Shown here in pieces: positions 34,656 through 44,356 of a stretch of 64,000 nt of DNA. The notes under the pieces are model-generated. The model worked only from the letters and a program-made list of their open reading frames with translations. It ran no database searches and had not been told where the DNA came from. The first letter of the stretch is position 1. Each line of letters begins with the position of its first letter. The position numbers and the translations under genes are program-made. The stretch is from positions 164,349 to 228,348 of the IMG/VR virus record IMGVR_UViG_3300025869_002060; one strand, written 5' to 3'.

Positions 34656-36140
34656 TTAACTGCAAACATCTATGCCGTATTGATCTTCAAAACGATCAGC
34701 ATCAGCTCTAGTGTTTACTATTGGTTCACCTCTGATATTTAAACTGGTGTTTAGTAACATTGGGCATCCAGTTAGTATAAACCATTTTTCTAACATCTCT
34801 CTAATATGTTTAAACTCTGGCTCTTTACCTACAGTTTGTACTCTGCTTGAATTGTCAACATGACATATAGCAGGAAACTTTTTTGGAGATTTACATATTC
34901 CAACACTTTGCATATACGGACTATGAACCCAAGCCTTGGGCAAATCAAAATATGCTTGTGCTTGTTCTTCTAATATCATTGGAGCAAACGGCCTAAACTT
35001 TTGTCTACGTTTAATTTCGTTTACTCTATCTTTAATATCATCTCCTCTTGGATCTGCTAGTAAACTTCTATTGCCTAATGCTCGTGGTCCAAACTCTGCA
35101 CGACCACTTGCTACACCTACAATTTGTTTTTCTAATAATAGATCAAGTAATTGGTCCACTGGATATTCACCCGGGATATCACAGCCCAAAAACGGACCTT
35201 GCCAGTTAAGTTTCTTTTTATAACTCAATGCCGCCGCACCTAAACTGCTACCTGCATCACCTGGGTTAGGCATAATCCAAATATTATCAAAACTATCAAT
35301 TTTACTATTAGCGACACAATTGAGAGCAACACCACCCATTAATACCAAGTTGTTGCTGTAAAAACTATGCCTTGCTCTATTGCATAAACGAGTTACCAAG
35401 TGTTCAGTTATAGCTTGTACACTAGCCGCAAGATCAATATCCAATGCTCCTGGCAAATAATCTTCGTCAATACCAGCATGACAATTTTGTCTAAATGTAA
35501 AGTCTCGTGAGTTTAGAATAAAGTCGTTGTATATTGTATCAAAATGTTTATTCTCACCCCAAGCGGCCATGCCCATAAAAATATACTCTTCGTCCATTGG
35601 CTTTAAACCAACATGTTTTGTCATTGCACTATAGAATAATCCCAAACTATGAGGATAACCTTGCTTCCATATTTGACGGTATCGTGCAATGCCTTGGTTA
35701 TCATACATTGCTCGCCATATACTAGCGGTTGTAAATTCGCCAATGGCATCTATTACAACTACTGTAGCAACATCATATGGTGATGTTTGAAACCCTGCGG
35801 CCGCATGTGATAAGTGATGATCATACTTATGAATTTTAGTGTTACACTGAAAAGGAACGCCTTGATTCTTTAATACATGCCTTACTGTAATGTTTGACCA
35901 ATCAATTTTTTGGCCTGCATAACACTGTCTTACTTGTTTCTTAATTGGATCTTCGTAGTATGCAATAGTATCAATATCGTCAAAATCAACTTCGCTCAAC
36001 AGCTCACGACATAAGTCTTTATCATTTTTATTTCTACTATATCTTTCGCTATGACTTGCAAATGAAATATTTCCTTGTTCGTCTACAACGCTTACTGCCG
36101 CATCATGAAATCCAGCTGATATTCCTAATATACTCATCAA
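34656..36140 (-). CDS. Carbamoyltransferase (NodU/CmcH/TobZ family)
   Basis: GISAGFHDAA, HHLSHAA, VIDAIGE, GGVALNC, GDAGSSLG, EFGPRALGNRS, FRPFAP, LLNTSLN. Confidence 0.95.
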   Translation of the reverse strand: MMSILGISAGFHDAAVSVVDEQGNISFASHSERYSRNKNDKDLCRELLSEVDFDDIDTIAYYEDPIKKQVRQCYAGQKIDWSNITVRHVLKNQGVPFQCNTKIHKYDHHLSHAAAGFQTSPYDVATVVVIDAIGEFTTASIWRAMYDNQGIARYRQIWKQGYPHSLGLFYSAMTKHVGLKPMDEEYIFMGMAAWGENKHFDTIYNDFILNSRDFTFRQNCHAGIDEDYLPGALDIDLAASVQAITEHLVTRLCNRARHSFYSNNLVLMGGVALNCVANSKIDSFDNIWIMPNPGDAGSSLGAAALSYKKKLNWQGPFLGCDIPGEYPVDQLLDLLLEKQIVGVASGRAEFGPRALGNRSLLADPRGDDIKDRVNEIKRRQKFRPFAPMILEEQAQAYFDLPKAWVHSPYMQSVGICKSPKKFPAICHVDNSSRVQTVGKEPEFKHIREMLEKWFILTGCPMLLNTSLNIRGEPIVNTRADADRFEDQYGIDVCS

Positions 36141-36759
36141 TAACCTTTGCTATTCTTTTGTGTCCAAGTTCTAAAGGATGACCTCCAGGACCTTTAACAC
36201 AATTTCCTTGCCATTCTAGTATGCCGTCTTTAGGCCAACCAACAAAGAATCTTTTATCAATTTCTCTAAACTGAGCTTCAAGAAGTTGATAGTATTCGTC
36301 ATAGTAACCTTGTAAACCAGCTACATTATACATTAGATAACGTTGATTACGATTTAGTAAAAATCCTTGCAATGCAATTATCTGATTAAACTGTTTTCGA
36401 AATCCCCAAGCGATATCATAACTATACTTATAATAGTCTGTTATCCAGTCTGGTTCTTTTTGTGTTCGAGCACGAATTGACATGAACTGCGAAGGTTCTG
36501 TATTTGGTAAATCAAGTGCTTCAAAACGACTTTGTTCCGGCCAACTTATTAATACTAAATCAAATGTTTCGTTGATTAAAGTTTCAATTGTTGTTCTAAA
36601 AACATAATCAGAACTAGCACCGCAAAGTCCTAGATTAACTACTTCGTCAAAGCCCAATAAGTTTTTCATTAGATATGGGTAGGCATCAACTTCTCTATTA
36701 GGAAGTTCATCTCCATATGTAAAACTATCACCAACGGTTAATAATCTACGTTTACTCAT
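36103..36759 (-). CDS. SGNH-like protein
   Basis: VGDSFTYG, NLGLCGASSD, GGHPLELGH. Confidence 0.65.
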   Translation of the reverse strand: MSKRRLLTVGDSFTYGDELPNREVDAYPYLMKNLLGFDEVVNLGLCGASSDYVFRTTIETLINETFDLVLISWPEQSRFEALDLPNTEPSQFMSIRARTQKEPDWITDYYKYSYDIAWGFRKQFNQIIALQGFLLNRNQRYLMYNVAGLQGYYDEYYQLLEAQFREIDKRFFVGWPKDGILEWQGNCVKGPGGHPLELGHKRIAKVIDEYIRNISWIS

Positions 36760-36860
36760 TTATAGATAAACGGATCCCGTTTGCGTAATTCTTTAAGTTT
36801 TTTGCGATATGCAATCTCTAATTTCACACGGTTAATTAAACTCTTAAACCATTTGATCAT
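36756..36860 (-). CDS. 34-aa basic micro-protein (not in ORF track)
   Basis: MIKWFKSLINRVKLEIAYRKKLKELRKRDPFIYK; stop overlaps the next ATG (ATGA). Confidence 0.75.
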   Translation of the reverse strand: MIKWFKSLINRVKLEIAYRKKLKELRKRDPFIYK

Positions 36861-37626
36861 TGAAAAACTCCTGCATTAGGTTTGCGGCTGATTTATGTGC
36901 ATCTTCTAAGGGGTGTGTAGTGCCTACCTTGTATTTATTCTCTAGTGCCCACTGGTAAAAACCTCTAGGGTTCTGAGTTTCACCATTCTTTGTTCCTTCT
37001 GGAAACCAAAACCATTTGTTCATATCTATTAGATTGTACAAAGTTTTGATTGACACATCGGCATTTTCTATTGTATAATTGTATAATATACAGTTGTCAG
37101 CACAGGTAAACATGTAGGGAATACTATTAGATTTTAAGTAGTTTTGTAAGTACACTATTTCTTTTAGTGTGCTATATATTTCCCAGTATTCACTGCTACC
37201 AACATGTTTATAGAATGTTTGAGCAAAGCCAGCAACACCTGTCTCGTTTGCTCTTTTAATAGTATCTTGTTGAGCCGTTAGAATACCATCATCTTGGGTA
37301 TGGAACTCTTTTTCAATTGAAGATAAGTCACTTTCAATTGTCCACGAGTTAATTGAATACCAATGCCCTGTACGTTGTTTGGTATCGTAATTGAAACGAA
37401 ACTCATAGCGTCCTGGAAATGTCCAACTAACTATAGCAAACTTATCTTTTGTTAATGACTCTAATGCATTAATTGTTTGTCTAGCGATTGCTTCGTTGCT
37501 ATTGCCAGGTGTTGCTACATTTATATAATTGGTATATTGTTGACTAACCAACTTTGTAAAATTATTATCAGAGTGTTCTAGTTCACTTCCTGCAACAAAA
37601 CTATCACCCCCGGCTACTATAATCAT
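36844..37626 (-). CDS. SGNH-like protein
   Basis: AGGDSFVAG, NVATPGNSNE, TTHPLEDAH. Confidence 0.65.
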   Translation of the reverse strand: MIIVAGGDSFVAGSELEHSDNNFTKLVSQQYTNYINVATPGNSNEAIARQTINALESLTKDKFAIVSWTFPGRYEFRFNYDTKQRTGHWYSINSWTIESDLSSIEKEFHTQDDGILTAQQDTIKRANETGVAGFAQTFYKHVGSSEYWEIYSTLKEIVYLQNYLKSNSIPYMFTCADNCILYNYTIENADVSIKTLYNLIDMNKWFWFPEGTKNGETQNPRGFYQWALENKYKVGTTHPLEDAHKSAANLMQEFFNDQMV

Positions 37627-38677
37627 AACCTGGTTTTAACCTTTCAATTTGTACGTCATAATAATCCTTGTCTGTCCAGCAATAATCAAAATCACATGAA
37701 GCCTCAAGTGTTTCAATTTTTACAATGTCTAAGTGTTCGCCAATGATCTCCCACACTGTTTCAGGATTGTCTGTACCAAAACTACCTACTAGATCAACTT
37801 GTCCAACTGAATGATATCCATAGTTGTATTGTGTGTCATTGTGATTAAAACCATTACGCTCTAACCAATCTGCATATTCATCCATTCGTTGCTTGTGCCA
37901 CGGATATTCACCAGCATAGGTAATATCACGTGACCATTCAATGTCAAACTCGCCACTGTAGTAACGCAAATGAGTAATCTCTTCACACATTGCGTCTGTT
38001 AAATCAGGTGCGCCTTCATCAACGAACACTTCATATAATGTTTTTCCTACTTGAGTCCAGTGTTGGTAAACAGTACCAAAGGTACGATCATATCTTTCCT
38101 TGTTGAATGTCCGCTTATGCTCGTCGGGATAATCAAATCTAGGAGCATTTAAAAATGTTGTGATCTGAGACGGACGCATCCACTGCGGTGCCTCAATTTG
38201 TTTCTTCTGGCTCAGCATTAATGATTCTGCTTCGTGACACAAATTGTTTAACTGTCTAATAGCAAACTTAGTTTCGTGATTTGCTTTTTTATACCAGTCA
38301 CTCAATCCCCATGCACTACCTTGTAGTACTTCAAAATGATTATGCAATCTGTTCATAATATCCTGATTTGGGTTCATGCCATCTCTCAATGTTTTTGGTG
38401 TAAATATTTCTCTTATTATATACTCCTTGTTAAAAAAATCATTGATAGTATTTTTGACCCACTGTAACTCTTTACATATGAAGTTAATATCTCTAGCAGT
38501 ATTAGGAAAACCCAAGAATAAAAAGTTCTTTTCTAAGTAGGAATCATTTATTAATAATCCATTTAATGCACCTAGCCAGTTACGTCCCATTATAGTTTGC
38601 TCAACGTCAATATGAAAATCAACTGTTTTACTTTTGTTAACTGGATTTCTTAATACTACTTTAACTTCTCGTGTCAT
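37604..38677 (-). CDS. Hypothetical protein downstream of the radical SAM array
   Basis: About 357 aa, ATGA-coupled to radical SAM gene 38674; start refined to MTREVKV. Confidence 0.75.
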   Translation of the reverse strand: MTREVKVVLRNPVNKSKTVDFHIDVEQTIMGRNWLGALNGLLINDSYLEKNFLFLGFPNTARDINFICKELQWVKNTINDFFNKEYIIREIFTPKTLRDGMNPNQDIMNRLHNHFEVLQGSAWGLSDWYKKANHETKFAIRQLNNLCHEAESLMLSQKKQIEAPQWMRPSQITTFLNAPRFDYPDEHKRTFNKERYDRTFGTVYQHWTQVGKTLYEVFVDEGAPDLTDAMCEEITHLRYYSGEFDIEWSRDITYAGEYPWHKQRMDEYADWLERNGFNHNDTQYNYGYHSVGQVDLVGSFGTDNPETVWEIIGEHLDIVKIETLEASCDFDYCWTDKDYYDVQIERLKPGYDYSSRG

Positions 38678-39972
38678 ATTTCTAACCACCAATCTAATAT
38701 ATCATGCCGTGAAGATAGAATATCTGTCATCGTCAGATCTTGTGTTCTAATTTGTTCTAATTTTAATATACGTGCTTTGCCTTTTTGTAGTCCTGCTTCA
38801 TACTGATCTGGCCATTGTTCTGCAAATGTTGGTCTATTCTTTAGTTGTACTAGCACATCTTTTAACGCACCATCAACTGAAGGAATAAGTTCATCTAACC
38901 ATTTATCCAACAGGTTACGAGGCAATGCCAATGGCGACATTACAATGTCAGGACTAAAACTAAAGATTACTTTAGCAAGTATTCCTACACCTAATCTTTT
39001 TGCGAGTTCTTGTATTTTTTGGACTTCAAAGAGTCCTGGTAAGGTAAGAGTGAAGTCAATACGAATTTGGCGCGAGTGGTTGCTGACCTCAACTCCTTTA
39101 TTGAAGTTTTCAAGCCACTGGTCAAAATTGAGACCTGTTCGAATATACTCTCCAATTCGTCCCGTGCCATCGAGGCTTGCACATATTTGCCAATCACGTA
39201 GCCTAGCCAAAATATCAGTATAAAGATTAGTGCCAGAATAACTAATCCTAGATAAGTTAGTGTTATATCTTGCATAAACATTTGGTCCATCTCCTAGCTC
39301 TATAATTCTCTTCATATACCTCCAATGCTGTTCATACATTAAAGGTTCGCCACCTACCCAGTAGACTTCTTCTACGCGGTGACTTTCAACTGCTTCAGCA
39401 AACTCCTGTTCTATCTGAGTTGACTGAAATTTTTCTATTTGTTTTTTGAGATTAGGTCGCATCCAGTTGTTCTTAGGATCTTCCCAATTTATCATATTAT
39501 GCTTACGTTGCTCGGCTTCCCAACTTGAACTGAGCATATCACCACACATACGACATTTGAAGTTGCATAGGTTTGAAAACCTATAATCCCAACTAACTGG
39601 CTTTAAACGGGTCGTACCATCAGGATCGGTGTGATCCCATATACTATCATATTTATGTCCAAATAGGTTATTAAAATAACTTCTGTAAACATCTGTGTTT
39701 AATAACTTGTTAGTACAAACTTCACATTCACTAAGTTCTTCACCAGACATCATTCTACGCCTAACACTTTTCATGTGTTCGCTGTTCCAGTGTTCGTCTA
39801 GTGTGGTAGGTTTATATTCACCTGTTCCTGAGTCTGTATCAATATACTGCTCAAAGTTCTGTGCTGGTTCTCTACTAGCACAACAAAGTCTGCGTTCTGT
39901 TTGCGGACTTAGGTAGGTATGTGTCCACGGAGCCATACACAAATTTTCAGGTTTTTTGTCTGGTTTTATCAT
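38674..39972 (-). CDS. Radical SAM protein with N-terminal SPASM/twitch-like domain (copy 1)
   Basis: CMAPW...CC...CEVC; CNFKCRMC; VGGEPL; YNTN. Confidence 0.9.
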   Translation of the reverse strand: MIKPDKKPENLCMAPWTHTYLSPQTERRLCCASREPAQNFEQYIDTDSGTGEYKPTTLDEHWNSEHMKSVRRRMMSGEELSECEVCTNKLLNTDVYRSYFNNLFGHKYDSIWDHTDPDGTTRLKPVSWDYRFSNLCNFKCRMCGDMLSSSWEAEQRKHNMINWEDPKNNWMRPNLKKQIEKFQSTQIEQEFAEAVESHRVEEVYWVGGEPLMYEQHWRYMKRIIELGDGPNVYARYNTNLSRISYSGTNLYTDILARLRDWQICASLDGTGRIGEYIRTGLNFDQWLENFNKGVEVSNHSRQIRIDFTLTLPGLFEVQKIQELAKRLGVGILAKVIFSFSPDIVMSPLALPRNLLDKWLDELIPSVDGALKDVLVQLKNRPTFAEQWPDQYEAGLQKGKARILKLEQIRTQDLTMTDILSSRHDILDWWLEI

Positions 39973-39973
39973 A

Positions 39974-40483
39974 TTAAAAATTTACATATAAAGATTTTCG
40001 AATAACATTGTTAGGAACTTTACCTTTCATGCCGTGTTGTATTGTGTGCGAATTTAATAACATTAGTCCAGTATTTACTTCATAGTCAACTTCGTACTTG
40101 ATATCATTTTCATACCAGTAAGTACCCATTGATTCACTGTTACTTTCTTCTCCTAAGTACAACATAATAATATTACAAACACTATTAGGATCATCAGTAT
40201 GCATTGCGTTTTCATAGCCAGCATGATCAAACCATATTTCAACACCACGCACCTTTTGCTTGTCAATATCAAGGCTAGAAAATCTACCTGCTATTTCATT
40301 GCGTACAATACTATCACGATCAATATCTAACCACCACAACTCTCTGTAGCCTCCAAGATGCCATGTTTCAGTAATAGGGTCAAATTGCGTTGTATGATTA
40401 AACAACTTATTTTTAACACCATTGGGGATATTGTGTTTTAACTTGTATCCGTTTGTGGATATTTGTTGTACCTCACGTATCAC
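39974..40483 (-). CDS. 2OG-Fe(II) oxygenase-like protein
   Basis: MHTD (HxD), IMLYL, TIQHGM, RKSLYVNF. Confidence 0.6.
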   Translation of the reverse strand: MIREVQQISTNGYKLKHNIPNGVKNKLFNHTTQFDPITETWHLGGYRELWWLDIDRDSIVRNEIAGRFSSLDIDKQKVRGVEIWFDHAGYENAMHTDDPNSVCNIIMLYLGEESNSESMGTYWYENDIKYEVDYEVNTGLMLLNSHTIQHGMKGKVPNNVIRKSLYVNF

Positions 40484-41696
40484 TGTAACCCATTGCCTTT
40501 GCTATTTGTGTATGTGTTTCTAAAAAGTTTTCTTTACGATATGTATCTGTTTGTTTCATTAATCTAACAAAGTCTTTACCATTACTGCTAGGTCCATTGT
40601 CAATAAACTTTATTAGTTTATCAATTTCATTTTTATCGTGTGGATGAAATTGATCTTGTTTTAAACGATTGGTTACTATTTGTTTTGCTTCTATTGTCAT
40701 TTCACCAATGTTTTGGTGGCGCGGATCATGTAACATATTAAAGTGATGATAATCAAAGTCCTGTGTACGCATCCAGTCACATAAATCTTTCAAGTAGTAG
40801 ACATTCTGAATATTTACAGTTAAACAAATCTGTAACTTAATATTGTTATTCTGATCACGCAAGTCTCTAAAACGTTTTATATTTTCGCATACTTCGTCCC
40901 AGCGAGCTCCAAAACGTTCGTACTCAAATCGTTTGCCTACGTTATCAATACTAAATGCAATCTCAACATACTTAAACTCTTTCCATAAATGTACAAACTC
41001 TTCTGGATATTGTGTGCCGTTGGTATTGTAATGTATTTCAATATCTTTTGCAAAGCCGCCGTCAACTGCTTGTTGTAGCAATTGAAAGTGTTCTTTGATC
41101 ATAAAAGGTTCACCACCTGTAAACTCAAAGTATTTTATGTTAGGCAGTAAGTCAATCATGTTCTCCCAAAATACTTCAGACTCACGAGGCCACTTGCCAT
41201 CTTTAAGCCACTTGTATGCAATATGATCCTTGGCATTTCTATTTTTGTATTTGCGTATATAATCAATTTCTTCTCTTGCCCATTTACTGCTTGACCAACT
41301 TCCACATATACGACATTTAAGATTACAAATGTTTCCAAGTTTTAGATCAATAAACCATAAACTGTCAGGATTGGTGTCAGAAAAATCTATCAACGGGCGT
41401 TCATGTTTGAAACGCACATCTGTGTTCATGCGTTTGCTTGTGCGTCCTGCATCTTCTTCATCCCAACAGCGACTACATGTTTTAGGTTTTTCTCCACGCA
41501 AAAACTGTTCACGTAAATCAACCATGTATTCGCTTTTATATATTTCTTCAAGTGTATTTTCTCGTAGTGCATACTTTGTACCATCTGGTTTTGTAATTTC
41601 GTCCATTGCTAAACAACAAGGTCGACTGGTACCCATTGGTGTTGTTTCCATACTAACCCAAGGTAACATACATATTGTCTTGGAATTATTATCCAC
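40473..41696 (-). CDS. Radical SAM protein with N-terminal SPASM/twitch-like domain (copy 2)
   Basis: CMLPW...CC...CSRC; CNLKCRIC; TGGEPF; YNTNG. Confidence 0.9.
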   Translation of the reverse strand: MDNNSKTICMLPWVSMETTPMGTSRPCCLAMDEITKPDGTKYALRENTLEEIYKSEYMVDLREQFLRGEKPKTCSRCWDEEDAGRTSKRMNTDVRFKHERPLIDFSDTNPDSLWFIDLKLGNICNLKCRICGSWSSSKWAREEIDYIRKYKNRNAKDHIAYKWLKDGKWPRESEVFWENMIDLLPNIKYFEFTGGEPFMIKEHFQLLQQAVDGGFAKDIEIHYNTNGTQYPEEFVHLWKEFKYVEIAFSIDNVGKRFEYERFGARWDEVCENIKRFRDLRDQNNNIKLQICLTVNIQNVYYLKDLCDWMRTQDFDYHHFNMLHDPRHQNIGEMTIEAKQIVTNRLKQDQFHPHDKNEIDKLIKFIDNGPSSNGKDFVRLMKQTDTYRKENFLETHTQIAKAMGYSDT

Positions 41697-43014
41697 GTGC
41701 CGACTCCAACTCCGGAAATGTTTTCCAAAAATCTTCGTTGCGTATGCGATCTAACTTTGTAATTTCTTCTTCAAACCTTGGCCATTCTTTTGATCCATCG
41801 TTGCTCATCATAAAGTTAATAGCACTTTCAAATCCTGTTGTTGCTCTACGTAACTTATCTTGTGGATCTAACCATTCAATGTGTTTGCGATATGCAGGTT
41901 CAATAACTTCTTTTTTAAACTTCTCTGGAAAAATATCAATACGATACCATTCAGGACTTTGACAAATATTAACATTAAAATCCTGTGGTTGAATAAACCC
42001 TTTTTCAACCCAGTCTTTGTGAAAGTCTAGTACATGTAAAACGTTTTGACTAGTGACTGTAGCACTAACATAAAAGTCAACATGTGGCACTTCAGCCATC
42101 ATACGTACTCTGTTTTCTTCAGTCTGTTTCCAATCTGCACCTTTGCGTATTAGCTCTGCTTGTGGACCCATGCCATCAAGACTAGCACCAACATTTACTG
42201 TTTTAAACTGTTTCCAATAATCAAATACATGCTTTTTCTTGTAACGCATTTCACTAAAGTTTGTATTGTATACCAAACGCACATCAGTCTTGCCTAGTTC
42301 AATTAAACGCTCAAGCAAGTAATAATGCTCCTTCATAATCAAAGGTTCACCACCTGCAAAATATACTTGTTCTAAATACGGAATATGTTCTTCCATTTGA
42401 TTCAGCATTCCGTCTTCATCGCCAGTTGTGTACTCTACTCTGGCCATGTCTCTTTTAAGCACATCAGGTACTCTTCCGTACAGTTTTACATGATCGTTGA
42501 ACCAGTTACTGCTAAAAATAGGACCACAAGAACGGCATTTAAAGTTACATAGGTTACTGAAGCGTATATCCCAATAACGCAACTTAAACTCAGGATGTTC
42601 GCCATCTTCTGTTGTTTGATTTACTTCTTCGATCAAATGTCCGTAGTTTCTATTAGCATCATTTCGCATACTAAAGAAACCGTTTTGTTCTTGTTCATAG
42701 CATTTAGTACATTCTTTACATGGCTTGTCTTCAAGCATGTTTTTACGCATTGTTTTATACGCATCTTGATTCCATACTTCACGCATTGTGTCTTTGCGTA
42801 AGTCTCCAATTGGATGCCAGTAATCACCTAAACAACAAGGATACACTCTACCATCTGGAAAGGCATGCATGTGAACCCAAGGCAACATACAAAAGTTATC
42901 CTCTTTGACAAGTCTGCTAAGTTGCTTGTCTGTTAAATCTTCAGGCTTGACAAAGTGCGGAGTTCTTTCGTTATAATCATATTTTTCATAAAAGTCTTTT
43001 TTACTTGAGTCCAT
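41689..43014 (-). CDS. Radical SAM protein with N-terminal SPASM/twitch-like domain (copy 3)
   Basis: CMLPW...CC...CTKC; CNFKCRSC; AGGEPL; YNTN. Confidence 0.9.
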   Translation of the reverse strand: MDSSKKDFYEKYDYNERTPHFVKPEDLTDKQLSRLVKEDNFCMLPWVHMHAFPDGRVYPCCLGDYWHPIGDLRKDTMREVWNQDAYKTMRKNMLEDKPCKECTKCYEQEQNGFFSMRNDANRNYGHLIEEVNQTTEDGEHPEFKLRYWDIRFSNLCNFKCRSCGPIFSSNWFNDHVKLYGRVPDVLKRDMARVEYTTGDEDGMLNQMEEHIPYLEQVYFAGGEPLIMKEHYYLLERLIELGKTDVRLVYNTNFSEMRYKKKHVFDYWKQFKTVNVGASLDGMGPQAELIRKGADWKQTEENRVRMMAEVPHVDFYVSATVTSQNVLHVLDFHKDWVEKGFIQPQDFNVNICQSPEWYRIDIFPEKFKKEVIEPAYRKHIEWLDPQDKLRRATTGFESAINFMMSNDGSKEWPRFEEEITKLDRIRNEDFWKTFPELESARG

Positions 43015-44356
43015 TGTACCACTCCGCTAAGGTTGGAAACGTAGCGGTAAAGTCTTTACCTCTGCGTTGGTCGTATTGTGAATAAAATTGTTTAAAATCG
43101 TTGTGAAGTTTAGGCATTTCAAATGTTTCTCTATGTGGAGTTTTAACAACATCTAAGTAATCAATTAAACGCTGTACATGATTAATTTCGTGTTCATGTA
43201 ACATTGCATGGTTACGAAAATTAGATAACCAATCTTGTAATCTTTGCTTGTGATGTTCCCTAATCTCGTCAGGTAACACAAGAGGTGATTGGAAACTTGG
43301 AAAGCGTAAAATATTGAGTGTAAAGTTTGGAAAGTCTCTGCCAAACTTTGATTTCCATTCTAGCATCCACGTTAAGAACTCAGGTAAACTTTCTAAGCAT
43401 AATGCATTAATGGTATTCATTACATGCAATCCTCGTAGTTTACCACTTCGTATCAGTAGCTCTACGTTTGCTGTCCATTGTTTCCATTCTAATCCATCAC
43501 GTATATATTCGGCTTGTAGACCCATACTCTCGTTGCTGGTATATAAGTCTAATTCAAGATGTTCTGCCGCATCAAGCAATTTCTCAACTTTTTCGCTTTC
43601 AAATCCCAAGTTGCTGTTAATAGCAATTCGAGTTTTTGACTTACCTTTGTTTTCTTTAAACCAATCAAACAGGTCCCATGTGTGACCGCTCATCAACGGC
43701 TCTCCGCCAGTGATACGTAATTCTTGTAATGTTTCGTGCAAGTCACTTTCCCACCATTTGAAAAATGCTTCAACGTATGGGTTGGTTTCGGAATACTTGT
43801 ACAAACTTGCTTCGTTGTGTTCATGTGTAAAGTGATTACGACCATCGCTTTCTAGACCGGCATATGCTCCATTCTTTTTAATATCTTTAACCCATGTAGT
43901 ACTGAACGCTGGGTTACAATAACTACATGCAAACTGACAAGTTCTATCAAAAGCAATTTCAAGTGTACGCAAGTTAACATCATCTTCCGGAGGTGTATTG
44001 TATGCATCTTGTAATAATTTGTCACTGTAGATTACACTTTTGTAAACTCTATCACTGATATTATCTCGTTTAATATCTTCAATCTTCCAGCAGTATTCGC
44101 AACCTTTGGGCCTTACACCTGTGAGCATATCAGCACGATCTTGTTTCTTTTGTGAACTGTTGTGCAATGCTCTTGGATTAAATTTAACTTCATCAACATC
44201 AACTTTGTGTGCTGGTGGATGATGACAACTTGTAGTCATACCACTGCCTAACCATATAGTAGCATTATACCATTTGGCTCCACAAAAACTTGCACTCTTT
44301 GGATCAAGAATTCTTTTTCTAAATTCTAAATCTGTTTCATTAACTAACTTAGGCAA
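43001..44356 (-). CDS. Radical SAM protein with N-terminal SPASM/twitch-like domain (copy 4, AKW subtype)
   Basis: CGAKW...SCHHP...CEYC; CQFACSYC; TGGEPL. Confidence 0.9.
   Translation of the reverse strand: MPKLVNETDLEFRKRILDPKSASFCGAKWYNATIWLGSGMTTSCHHPPAHKVDVDEVKFNPRALHNSSQKKQDRADMLTGVRPKGCEYCWKIEDIKRDNISDRVYKSVIYSDKLLQDAYNTPPEDDVNLRTLEIAFDRTCQFACSYCNPAFSTTWVKDIKKNGAYAGLESDGRNHFTHEHNEASLYKYSETNPYVEAFFKWWESDLHETLQELRITGGEPLMSGHTWDLFDWFKENKGKSKTRIAINSNLGFESEKVEKLLDAAEHLELDLYTSNESMGLQAEYIRDGLEWKQWTANVELLIRSGKLRGLHVMNTINALCLESLPEFLTWMLEWKSKFGRDFPNFTLNILRFPSFQSPLVLPDEIREHHKQRLQDWLSNFRNHAMLHEHEINHVQRLIDYLDVVKTPHRETFEMPKLHNDFKQFYSQYDQRRGKDFTATFPTLAEWYNGLK

Noticed and set aside
34656-36140. Carbamoyltransferase as a 5-carbamoyloxymethylcytosine DNA-modifying enzyme
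   Set aside because: Such phage enzymes act on hydroxymethylcytosine; no hydroxymethylase is visible in the window and the neighbours are glycan-type genes. It is not excluded if one is encoded elsewhere
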